Shown: piece after piece, positions 32,101 through 40,130 of the stretch
Layout: each line of letters opens with the position of its first letter
Position numbering within the stretch: position 1 is the first letter of the stretch
Assembly: GCA_947631915.1 (NCBI GenBank)
Contig: CANRNC010000008.1
Location: forward strand, 3,305 to 67,304
Length of the DNA: 64,000 nucleotides
Source: an uncultured Clostridia bacterium
GTDB lineage: Bacteria > Bacillota > Clostridia > TANB77 > CAG-508
Direction of reading: 5' to 3'
Position numbers and translations under genes: made by a program
The notes under the pieces: model-generated
Databases searched by the model: none
Seen by the model: only the letters and a program-made list of their open reading frames with translations
What the model was told of the DNA's origin: nothing

Positions 32101-32817
32101 TGGAATTCCAACTGAATCTCCTTCTGAATTTTCAAATGCTGAATGATTTGTTAAATTCCATATTGCTAATTGTTGAGCTACCTCTATGTCAAAATCTGTT
32201 ATTTCAGCGTTTGTTCCTCTTACTTTCAATTCATCCATTGAACTTTTTATTGTACCACTCATTCCATTTATATCTCCTAAATTGGTACAATTAATTTTTT
32301 CTAGAAAGTTATCTTTATCATCTTCACCTGGTATGTACATATTATCTAATATCCATACTAATCCGTGAATTGTGTTCTCATTAAATGCAATTACTTCTGA
32401 TTTACCACTATAAACAACTCTTAATGCTTCCAAGACTCCACTTGCTTTTAAGTTATAAGCTTTATATTCACTTGTTGAAGCTCCTCCTGTTGTTGCAGGT
32501 TTTTGACCTACTTGTGCTGAAGAATCAAAATCCGAAAAATTTCCATAGCCTTGTGCTAAACAATAGAATACTTCATCTGTTTCTATTGGTGTTTGGTTTG
32601 TGTATGGTTTTATGTTCCATATGTATTTTAAACTATTTGAGTCTTTAGATGAACTTTGAAATGTATATACATAGGTGTCTGTTTCATCAGTTCTCTGTGG
32701 GCTTATACCAAATGTAGTATAATTTGTTGTTGCTTGTATGCAACTTGTGTTTACAGCTAATATTATTATTAATACTATTGCAATTTTTAATAAAGTTTTT
32801 TTCATGATAACTTTCAT
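29104..32817 (-). CDS. thioester-domain (TED) surface adhesin paralog, 1237 aa, same architecture with a variable middle (SpaA/CnaB-like domains), C-terminal IKTG + TM + KKFVL
   Basis: N-terminus MKKTLLKIAIVLIIILA...FYCLAQGYG...VAQQLAIW. C-terminal three DUF11-like repeats nearly identical to 24427..28527. Confidence 0.8.
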   Translation of the reverse strand: MKVIMKKTLLKIAIVLIIILAVNTSCIQATTNYTTFGISPQRTDETDTYVYTFQSSSKDSNSLKYIWNIKPYTNQTPIETDEVFYCLAQGYGNFSDFDSSAQVGQKPATTGGASTSEYKAYNLKASGVLEALRVVYSGKSEVIAFNENTIHGLVWILDNMYIPGEDDKDNFLEKINCTNLGDINGMSGTIKSSMDELKVRGTNAEITDFDIEVAQQLAIWNLTNHSAFENSEGDSVGIPTIYLSKNSSDLKTYDLTFPENLEDEDIDQSQGKLRGYYVKMVYKYFVDGAKDAQEKSYALNADSKTVITVYANAEAQPIVTVTREKELTGEYDIILKKEGTDGTPLSGAEFTVNGQKYTTTADGTVKVDSVTINNITDTDEYTIVETKAPEGYKKYKGTIELHVTKKESDDRLSYVIDQATLDDTSSSSGKVEIDTETNTITITVKNEEKKNAYTVRLNKQNTKGEVLQGATFTVDGQNYTTDQYGFATLVEDKEINSSNVGEKDTYTLTEIDAPDGYVIYDGTIVLEVTKKLSADGESYVLGTVTLDEKSKASGKVKIEIDEDTITVIVIEDNIDLSLRKFISKVVNTKGEMVYTNEQLENRNPNVDTTNLKQATGTTSEYNHTKEPLKVSVGDKVTYTLRVYNEGQSNAYITEITDYLSKYLKCIETEEWNVTYTENDESIYGSKATSTNSTIITGASDDLKALIGKTISGGVLIPAYDKENDRISYIDVQITCEVLQPEMNNNEKEYKITNIAEITGMLDKDQNPVDTDIDSKPDDVTPDLPKTEKDWQDYKDDEIGEKDYIPGNEDDDDFEKVIITSPKFDLALRKFITKINTTDVTTRYPELSLDDSGNIKYTHPKDPLDVCTGDIVTYTIRIYNEGEIDGYADEITDDVPFGLQFVVDNEINQQYRWKMLDENQQETTDVSKAKYLVTDYLSEEQEKATGRNNLIKAYNKETGISDTNPDYRDVQIAFKVTYQVKAVGEESRILVNVAQISKDSDDDIDSVPKRDEVYNDEKHEDDIDYEDVKVKYFDLSLLKWVTKAIVTENGKTTVTESGHTGYENPEPDLKVEIKSKDVNKVVVKFAYKIKITNEGEIAGYAKEITDYIPAGLEFKQEDNPAWYVRADGKVATTQLQDVLLQPGESAEVEIILTWKNGENNLGRKVNVAEISQDDNPSHTPDIDSTPDNEVPGEDDIDDAPVLLVIKTGIDIQKQYLGLTATVIAILGTGIIGIKKFVL

Positions 32818-32871
32818 TCCTTTCTAGAATATTTAAATAATACTTTTATCACATATTTAATGTTATATATA

Positions 32872-32951
32872 TATCTTAAACTATTTTTATATAAAGTCAA
32901 TGGTAGCATTTTGTTAAATAGTATATTGTGCTTTTCTTCTTCTTACGGATA
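32872..32951 (-). promoter_or_regulatory. conserved adhesin promoter module (TATCCGTAAG, N42, CCATTGACTTTAT, about 16 nt, TAAGAT)
   Basis: cttacggata at 32942..32951, ataaagtcaatgg at 32891..32903. Confidence 0.5.
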
Positions 32952-33288
32952 AAAGAAAAAAGTCAACTTTCGTGCTAACATAACATTTGTATAACATTTT
33001 AGTCCTTGTTTTGACATTTGTTTTTTATTTCTTTTCTTATCGTTATTTTTAAGCTATTTCGTGTTTTTGGCAAATTCCTTATAATTTCTTGCCTATACCA
33101 TTTTTTTCTTCATAATTATACTATATTTTAATGTGTTTTGCAACACTTTATGTAGATTTGTTGAAATTGTAAAAATTAATATTGCCTTGAAGTATTTATT
33201 GAATATTTGTAATTTTTTTAATATGTCTGCATACTATATATTATTAAAAAATGATTTTACAAAATATAAAGTTTTAATAATAATCTCT

Positions 33289-33317
33289 TGACTTTTATGC
33301 ATATCTTTGTTATTATA
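33289..33317 (+). promoter_or_regulatory. sigma-A promoter for the tRNA-Gly/tRNA-Cys pair
   Basis: TTGACT-17nt-TATTAT about 75 nt upstream of tRNA-Gly. Confidence 0.55.
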
Positions 33318-33391
33318 TTTAAGCAACACTTTTATGTGAAAGATCTTTTCAGTATCAAATTAACTACTTAATATTTGAATTTTTCTATTTT

Positions 33392-33465
33392 GCAGGTATA
33401 GTTTAGTGGTAAAACATAACCTTGCCAAGGTTAAGTTACGGGTCCGATTCCCGTTACCTGCTCCA
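33392..33465 (+). tRNA. tRNA-Gly (anticodon GCC)
   Basis: Cloverleaf by eye: acceptor gcaggta/tacctgc, anticodon loop cttGCCaag, T-arm, encoded CCA. Confidence 0.9.
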
Positions 33466-33534
33466 TAAATTATTTCAAGTATAAATGTTACCACATAAGA
33501 TATCTGTAATCGGCAAAGCCTCAACAGCTATCTT

Positions 33535-33557
33535 AGTTACCTGCTCCATAAATTATT
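33535..33557 (+). repeat. direct repeat of the tRNA-Gly 3' end (gttacctgctccataaattatt), att-like duplication
   Basis: Identical 22-23 nt at 33453..33475 (tRNA 3' end plus flank) and 33535..33557. Confidence 0.7.
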
Positions 33558-33580
33558 AAATAGTATAATTTAATATTTAT

Positions 33581-33654
33581 GGCGCCTTAGCCAAGCGGTA
33601 AGGCACGAGTCTGCAAAACTCTGATGGTCGGTCCGACTCCGACAGGCGCCTCCA
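33581..33654 (+). tRNA. tRNA-Cys (anticodon GCA)
   Basis: Acceptor ggcgcct/aggcgcc, anticodon loop tctGCAaaa, encoded CCA. Confidence 0.9.
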
Positions 33655-33664
33655 TAAAAAAATA

Positions 33665-33700
33665 AATTCCACAGATTTTTAATATTTCTGTGGAATTTTT
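33665..33700 (+). terminator. hairpin terminator, copy 1 of repeated element H (second copy at 37147..37182)
   Basis: aattccacagatttttaatatttctgtggaattttt. Confidence 0.65.
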
Positions 33701-34014
33701 GTAACTGTCGAAAGCTTTTTATATCAAGCATTTCAATTTTTTTATAATTTCTTTTAGTTTTCTACAATTTTTCAAAACTACATTAACACTACATTAACTT
33801 TCCATAAAAACTACATTAACATTTTTTACAAATATTAACAAATAAGAACTTTTTAAATAATGGTTTTTATATATAAAAAATACTCCTCCAGTTCGAATAC
33901 TTGGTTTTGAATTTATTATTTTTATGGAATATATAATATAATTTATTTGTATAAATATATTGACTTTTGCGAACATCTGTTTTATAATATAAACAAAGTT
34001 TACACAAGGAAGGA

Positions 34015-34999
34015 ATGAATTTATTTATGAATAATCTCACTAATATTGAGCCAGTAAATAAAGAATTAAATTTAGTAAAATATGAAACAATAGATATTAA
34101 GAATTTAATTTATTGCATAAGAGGAAAACAAGTTATGCTAGATAGTGATGTAGCAATGTTATATCATTATCAAACTAAAAGAATAAATGAAACAGTTACT
34201 AGAAATAAGGAAAGATTTCCAGAAAATTTTTGTTTTCAGCTAACGGAAGATGAGTTTTCATGTTTAAGGTCGCAAATTGCGACCTTATTGGAAAGCGAAG
34301 ATATGCGGTCGCAATTTGCGACCGCATGAGAAAAAAGAGAATAGCAAGAGAAATAAAAGTAAACTTCCTTATGCGTTCACAGAACAAGGTATAGCAATGC
34401 TTTCGGGTCTATTAAGAAATGAAATTGCAGTTCAAGTGAGTATAAACATAATGAATGCATTTGTTGAAATGAGAAAATTTATTTCCATAAATGGACAAGT
34501 TTTTGAAAGATTAACAAATGTTGAATATAGATTATTAGAACATGATAATAAATTCAATCAAGTATTTAATGAATTACAAAAGAATAAAGAACAAGAATTT
34601 AAACAAAAAATATTTTTTAAAGGACAAATATGGGATAGCTATGAACTAATAATTGATATTATAAAAACAGCACAAAGTAAAATAGTAATAATAGATAATT
34701 ATATAGACGATACTATTCTTAAAATGCTACAAAAGAAAAATAAAAATGTCCAAGCAATTATTTTAACTTCACAAAATTGTAATCTAACAAAACTAGATAT
34801 TAAGAAGTTTAATGAGCAATACGGGGCACTAAAAATAGCAAGAACAGATAAATTTCATGATAGATTTATTATTATAGATAACAAAGAACTTTATCATTGT
34901 GGAGCATCACTCAAAGACTTAGGTAAAAAATGTTTTGGAATTAATAAGATAGAGGGAATAGAATTTATAGAATATATAAATAAAATAATTAATTTTTGA
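34015..34999 (+). CDS. ORF6N-domain DNA-binding protein (frame broken by a single-base indel)
   Basis: IRGKQVMLDSDVAMLYHYQTKRINETVTRNKERFPENFCFQLTEDEF..LRSQIAT and ..LPYAFTEQGIAMLSGLLRNEIAVQVSINIMNAFVEMRKF are the two halves of an ORF6N domain. Removing one C in atgCGGtcg (~34306) joins them as ...SEDMGRNLRPHEKK.... Confidence 0.65.
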
Positions 35000-35172
35000 T
35001 ACCTTTATATAAGCTTAAGTATTTTATTTTTTTCTGTGTTGTAGTATAATCATTTTATCAAATAGTAAGTTCATGATTTAGAGCAATATCTTGTAATATT
35101 ATGTAAAATTTGTTATAATATTTATAATTCGTGAATACAGCGAATAAACTATTATAATGGGAGGAAAGCAGA

Positions 35173-36189
35173 ATGATGTATGAATATGCACCATGGGCAA
35201 AAGACACATTACATCGGATACTTGCTATCTCTTCAAAAAGTTTGCCTATATTAGACATTCAATTTGGAGGAGCATGTAACCTGAATTGTATCTATTGCGA
35301 CACACCAAAGTACGACCATCCTTGTTTACTAGACTTAAATTCTATTGAAAAAATCATTAACACTGGTACTATTCAATGGATTTATGCTTGTGGACTGGGA
35401 GAACCGACAGCAAAAGGCAATGTTGAAGCTTTCAAGCAAATACTAGCAATGTGTAAACGGATGTCCGTTAAAGTATCCGTATTTAGCAATTTGGTCAATC
35501 TTGATGATGAATTGCTTGACTATATCGCAAACGGAACATTACATGTTCTTTTCAAGCTTGACAGTTTCAAACCAGAAGTAATGCAATTCCTTTATGGAGC
35601 TGACAGGAGTCAGATTATTCTGAAAAACTATCAGAGACTTAAAGAAGTTGTTAGAACGAACAACGGCACAACCAATTTTGGAGCATCTATTGTTCCTACA
35701 GCAAGAAACTACGAAGAAATCTACCAAATTATTGACTGGTGTATGGAAAATCGTGTATTTCCATTATTAGGACAACTTGAGAATGCAGGTAAGTGTGCAC
35801 ATATTTTCAATGAATTGGAACTTAAGGAAGATGAATTATTAACTTTAAGACACTACATTGAAGTTAAATATGGTGTACACTATGAGATCCCAGTGTGTCC
35901 TGCAACTATTTTTGGAATACACATCACAAACACAAATCGTGTCATCGTTGATGAACGAACAGGGCTTTCATGTGGGTGGTTTTGGCTAGACGAACCTAGA
36001 ATGATTCAGATTGGTAACATTACTGATATGACTTTAGAAGAAGTAACGGCAAAAATCATTGACTATCGTAAATCAAAGTTTTCTGATGTTATCGAAACAG
36101 AAAAGTCACTTGAACCCTATCCCTTTGGTGGGTGTGGTGGAGATGCAAAGGCTTTGCTTAGCCAATATATCAGTATTTCTGATTATTGA
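35173..36189 (+). CDS. radical SAM enzyme of unknown function (QueE-like CNLNCIYCDTP motif), GC-elevated
   Basis: GGACNLNCIYCDT CxxxCxxC cluster motif, GLGEP SAM-binding motif. Three further Cys in the C-terminal third (VCPA, SCGW, GGCGGD). Local GC about 35% against about 24% in flanking genes. Confidence 0.75.
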   Translation: MMYEYAPWAKDTLHRILAISSKSLPILDIQFGGACNLNCIYCDTPKYDHPCLLDLNSIEKIINTGTIQWIYACGLGEPTAKGNVEAFKQILAMCKRMSVKVSVFSNLVNLDDELLDYIANGTLHVLFKLDSFKPEVMQFLYGADRSQIILKNYQRLKEVVRTNNGTTNFGASIVPTARNYEEIYQIIDWCMENRVFPLLGQLENAGKCAHIFNELELKEDELLTLRHYIEVKYGVHYEIPVCPATIFGIHITNTNRVIVDERTGLSCGWFWLDEPRMIQIGNITDMTLEEVTAKIIDYRKSKFSDVIETEKSLEPYPFGGCGGDAKALLSQYISISDY

Positions 36190-36316
36190 GCTACCAACCA
36201 GAAAAAGCACATGCTGCATTTGCAGAAGTGCTTTTTCTGGTTTTATGCTTTTAGATATAATATTTTGATATTTTTTTAATATTATATTATAATCATTTTA
36301 TAAAATAATAAGTTAT

Positions 36317-37030
36317 ATGGAGATATTTTATATGGTAAAGAAATATTTTGAAGATTGGAATAAATTTGAAAAAATATTTTTAATATGTGGACTATTAGTA
36401 TCAATAATATCAGCTATGATTTTTAATGGAACTGTAATTGATACTTTATATACATCACTTTATCTAATTACTGCATTATTAATGTCAAAAGGAAAAGTAG
36501 AATCTTATTTTGTAGGTTTTGTAAGTGTATTTTTCTATGGAATAATATCATATAATCAAAATTATTATGGCGAATTGATTATTACAGCATTTTTAACATT
36601 TCCTATAATGATAATAGGTATTATATCTTGGCTAAGACATCAAGATAAAGAAGATGACACAGTTATTATAAGTTCACTATCTAAAAAAGAAATAACTATA
36701 GCATTGCTTTCTCAATTAGTATTGTTTTGGATATATTATTTCTTATTAAAGGCGTTTAATACAGATTTATTAGTAATTAGTACCATTTCAGTTGTGACAA
36801 GTGTTTTAGCTAGTTATTTTGAGGCTAGAAGAAGTGAATTATCATTATTTTGCTATATAGCAAATGATTTAGTAATAATAACATTATGGTTAATTCCTAT
36901 TATAAATGGTCAAACAGAATTAATATCAGTTTTAGTTGGTCCTATATTATTATTAATAAATGATATATATGGAAGTTATAATTGGATTAGATTAAAGAAA
37001 CAGCAAAAAGAAAAAGGTATAGGAGAATAA
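36317..37030 (+). CDS. pnuC: PnuC-family nucleoside/vitamin transporter (nicotinamide riboside transporter-like)
   Basis: 237 aa, 7-8 TM. LLMSKGKVESYFVGFVSVFFYGIISYNQNYYGELIITAFLTFPIMIIGIISW matches the PnuC signature region. Confidence 0.7.
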   Translation: MEIFYMVKKYFEDWNKFEKIFLICGLLVSIISAMIFNGTVIDTLYTSLYLITALLMSKGKVESYFVGFVSVFFYGIISYNQNYYGELIITAFLTFPIMIIGIISWLRHQDKEDDTVIISSLSKKEITIALLSQLVLFWIYYFLLKAFNTDLLVISTISVVTSVLASYFEARRSELSLFCYIANDLVIITLWLIPIINGQTELISVLVGPILLLINDIYGSYNWIRLKKQQKEKGIGE

Positions 37031-37146
37031 AAACTTTCTAAAGCCACATTAATTTTTACATTCTGTGCCTTGTAAGCATTGATATAACTGAATTTATAAA
37101 AATATCAAACCGGAGTAATGCCTCCAAAGAAAAACCAAATTCCACA

Positions 37147-37466
37147 GATTTTTAAGAATTCTGTGGAATTTTTGAAAGATTTCCAGAAAATTTTTGCTTT
37201 CAATTAACACAAGATGCATTTTTAAATTTAAGGTCACAATTTGTGACCTTAAACGAAATTAATATAAATGCAGAACAAGAAAATAACTGGTCGCAAATTG
37301 CGACCAGTTCCAAAAATGAAAATAGTAAACATAGAGGTAAAAAATATATACCTTATGCGTTCACAGAACAAGGTATAGCAATGCTTTGGGATTATTAAGA
37401 TTGAAGGAATAGAATTTATAGAAAATATAAATAAAATAATTAATTTTTGATACCTTTATATAAGAT
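37147..37466 (+). pseudogene. second copy of hairpin H fused to an internally deleted remnant of the ORF6N gene
   Basis: 37183..37400 aligns to 34213..34400 and 37401..37466 aligns to 34945..35018 of the full copy. The middle about 540 nt is absent. Confidence 0.65.
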
Positions 37467-37890
37467 AGATACTTTGTTTTTCGAGATATTTTATTCTATA
37501 AATATTTATAAATTATTATAAGCTATTCGTAACATTAATTCATAAAATTTTAAATTATAAAGATATCAAGGATCATTTAGTTAAATAAAAAAATTATTAA
37601 TTTTCATATTATATATTCAAATGAAAAACTTTTAATTTTATCATATCTAAAAAATCAATAAATTTTATTAAGTTTTCTATACTAATTCCGTATAATGCAT
37701 CTAATTACACTAACATTTATTTTAATATCTTATAAGGATTGATATTTCTAAAATCTTTATATTAAGCATTTGATTTTTTTTATAATTTTCTTCAATTTTC
37801 CAAAACTACATTAATGTTTATATCTTATAACTTTTAAATATTGAAATAATTATAAGGCAGAGATAATATCTGCCTTATAATCTGTAATTA

Positions 37891-38457
37891 TTATTTTTTC
37901 AATTTCAATCCGTCTTTAAAAGCCTCTCCGACTCTTTCAGTAACTTTATAATATCCGTGTGTATATGGATCAAATGCTATTGCATTAACTAATTCAATGT
38001 CAATCTTCTCTCCATTCATTACTTTTTCATCAGCAGTAACATTAACCACTTTCCCTATGACTCCTGCTCCATACTCGTCATTTTGATATTCTATAAATTC
38101 GCATTCAAAACAAATTGGAAATTCATTTATAATTGGTGCATCTACATTTTCTGATTTTGTTGCTGTTAGCCCACTCTTTTCAAATTTATCTGATGTATTA
38201 TTTCCTGATACTACCCCAAAATAATCCGCTTCTACAACATGTTTGCTATCTGCAATACTTACTGTAAATGCCTTTCTTTCTTTTATATTTTTTACAGTTT
38301 TATGAGTTTCTGTTAAATTCAATATAACTTGATTGCTAGATAACATAGTCCCCCATGCCGCATTCATTACGTCAACACTTCCATCTTCATTATATGTTGC
38401 AATCATTAATACTGGCATTGGAAATATTGCCTCTGTATTTTTAATATTTTTTCTCAT
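37891..38457 (-). CDS. flavin reductase-like (FMN-binding split-barrel) protein
   Basis: 188 aa. PMPVLMIATYNEDGSVDVMNAAWGTM is a typical flavin reductase-like domain start. Hairpin terminator aaggcagagataatatctgcctt downstream. Confidence 0.75.
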   Translation of the reverse strand: MRKNIKNTEAIFPMPVLMIATYNEDGSVDVMNAAWGTMLSSNQVILNLTETHKTVKNIKERKAFTVSIADSKHVVEADYFGVVSGNNTSDKFEKSGLTATKSENVDAPIINEFPICFECEFIEYQNDEYGAGVIGKVVNVTADEKVMNGEKIDIELVNAIAFDPYTHGYYKVTERVGEAFKDGLKLKK

Positions 38458-38823
38458 TAAAAATTCCTCCTTTAAATTTTTATTTATATTATTATAAAAT
38501 ATATTAATAATTATTTTAGAAATAATTAAATATTTTGTTTGTATTATATCAAAAACTAATATATAAATTAATATTTTTTAATAAATTTTTATATTAATTT
38601 AAGATAATCTATTTTTCTCGTTTTATACTTATTAATTATTTAAAACATTTTAATAAATTGTATCTAGTATTTAATGAATACAAAATCATAAAGAACTAGC
38701 CTCTAACCTAAAGTATCTCTTAAATACATATATTCTTACCCTTCTTCTATCTCATGAATGTTTGAGTTTTTTTTATAATTATGCTATAATATATTTATAA
38801 AAATACCTCAGGAGGTTAATATA

Positions 38824-39240
38824 ATGAAGATCAATTTAAACTACGACACATCAAAAATGACAAAAGAAGAGCGGTTAAAGGTTCGTAAAGAGATTCAAGA
38901 GGTCTTGGATCAACTGAACCACGAATTAAAGACGGCATCATTTTCACAGCATCGGCATTTTGGTCATCCAACAATGTTTTTTGGTGTATCTTTTGATTTC
39001 GATGCTATGACTAATGAGGAATTGTTGTCAGTTCAAAGAGATGCAAGGCATTTGGCTGCAAATATCCTTATGTGGCATGACAACTTACCTGCGAAGTATA
39101 CTGATCCTGTAAAAACTTTCTTTGACGATGTAGAGTTTAACTTTGCAAAAATGAGTAAAAAGGACTTGTCAAATTCTAAGGATGAATGCCATCGCTTGCT
39201 GACTAACATTACGAAGCAATGTCTCATTCGTAAGCTCTAA
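38824..39240 (+). CDS. hypothetical protein, GC-elevated (about 38%)
   Basis: 138 aa, RBS aggaggttaatataATG, no recognisable motifs. Confidence 0.5.
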   Translation: MKINLNYDTSKMTKEERLKVRKEIQEVLDQLNHELKTASFSQHRHFGHPTMFFGVSFDFDAMTNEELLSVQRDARHLAANILMWHDNLPAKYTDPVKTFFDDVEFNFAKMSKKDLSNSKDECHRLLTNITKQCLIRKL

Positions 39241-39412
39241 CAGCTTTTCTAGCTCTCACTAAATTTTAGTGGGAGCTTTTTCTGTGCTTTTTTCTTTACT
39301 TGATTTTATTTCTATTTACTAATATAATTATATATATTATTATTTTATTTATGCAATTTTAGTAATTTAAATTTTTAATTCTAATTAATATTAGATTTTA
39401 ATTTAGAAAGGA

Positions 39413-40099
39413 ATGAATGCTTTTATGGAAAATTTTATACCATCCGATTTGAGTAATGAAAAAAAATCATTTTTTCCTATTTCAAAAGAGTCTAATGAAA
39501 ATAATAAATATACTTTAGAAGATATTGAGAAGATTAGAAGTTACAATAAAGATGCTTATACTCGTGGCCATTCAGATAGGGTTTCTGCATATTCAGTTCT
39601 AATAGGTAAATATTTAGGACTTCCTGAAAGTCAATTAGATTTACTTCGTATTGGTGGATTGTTTCATGATATCGGTAAAACCGGTATTCCAGATAATATA
39701 CTGTTTAAAACTGATAAATTGACAGATGACGAATATTCTAAAATGAAAGCTCATTCTTCTATTGGTGCAGATATATTATCTAATTCTTTAATATTTAAAA
39801 ATCTAATTCCAATAGTTGAGCATCATCACGAAAGATATGATGGTACTGGATATCCTTCTAGACTTTCTGGTGAAAATATTCCTTATCTAGCAAGAATTAC
39901 TTCTGTATCTGATACTTTTGATGCTATGACTTCTAAAAGATCTTATCGTGATCCTTTACCTTTAAATGTTGTAATATCAGAAATTGAGAAATGTAAAGGT
40001 ACACAATTAGATCCTAAAATAGCAAATGTATTTTTGGATATATTACATAATCATTTTGATGAAATTGAGGAAATTCAAGCTAAATTTCCTATACAATAA
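39413..40099 (+). CDS. HD-GYP domain protein (putative c-di-GMP phosphodiesterase)
   Basis: LFHDIGK and HHERYDGTGYP motifs. Confidence 0.8.
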   Translation: MNAFMENFIPSDLSNEKKSFFPISKESNENNKYTLEDIEKIRSYNKDAYTRGHSDRVSAYSVLIGKYLGLPESQLDLLRIGGLFHDIGKTGIPDNILFKTDKLTDDEYSKMKAHSSIGADILSNSLIFKNLIPIVEHHHERYDGTGYPSRLSGENIPYLARITSVSDTFDAMTSKRSYRDPLPLNVVISEIEKCKGTQLDPKIANVFLDILHNHFDEIEEIQAKFPIQ

Positions 40100-40104
40100 A
40101 AAAA

Positions 40105-40128
40105 CAGGCACAGATAACTGTGCCATAT
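40105..40128. terminator. bidirectional terminator
   Basis: aaaaacaggcacagataactgtgccatattttt. Confidence 0.65.
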
Positions 40129-40130
40129 TT

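Noticed and set aside
24501-32648. Similar Leu-rich + strand ORFs across the two TED adhesin genes (e.g. 26367..27056, 29961..30329)
   Set aside because: Same antisense artefact. They are duplicated only because the underlying adhesin genes are paralogs.
33777-33830. Three direct repeats of ctacattaac, considered as a possible CRISPR array
   Set aside because: The repeats are only 10 bp with irregular short spacers and no cas genes. They are part of repeat block X, which recurs at 37745..37815.
33794-33976. 60-aa minus-strand ORF in the tRNA-proximal repeat region
   Set aside because: No RBS, lies in AT-rich repeat DNA, and the product looks random.
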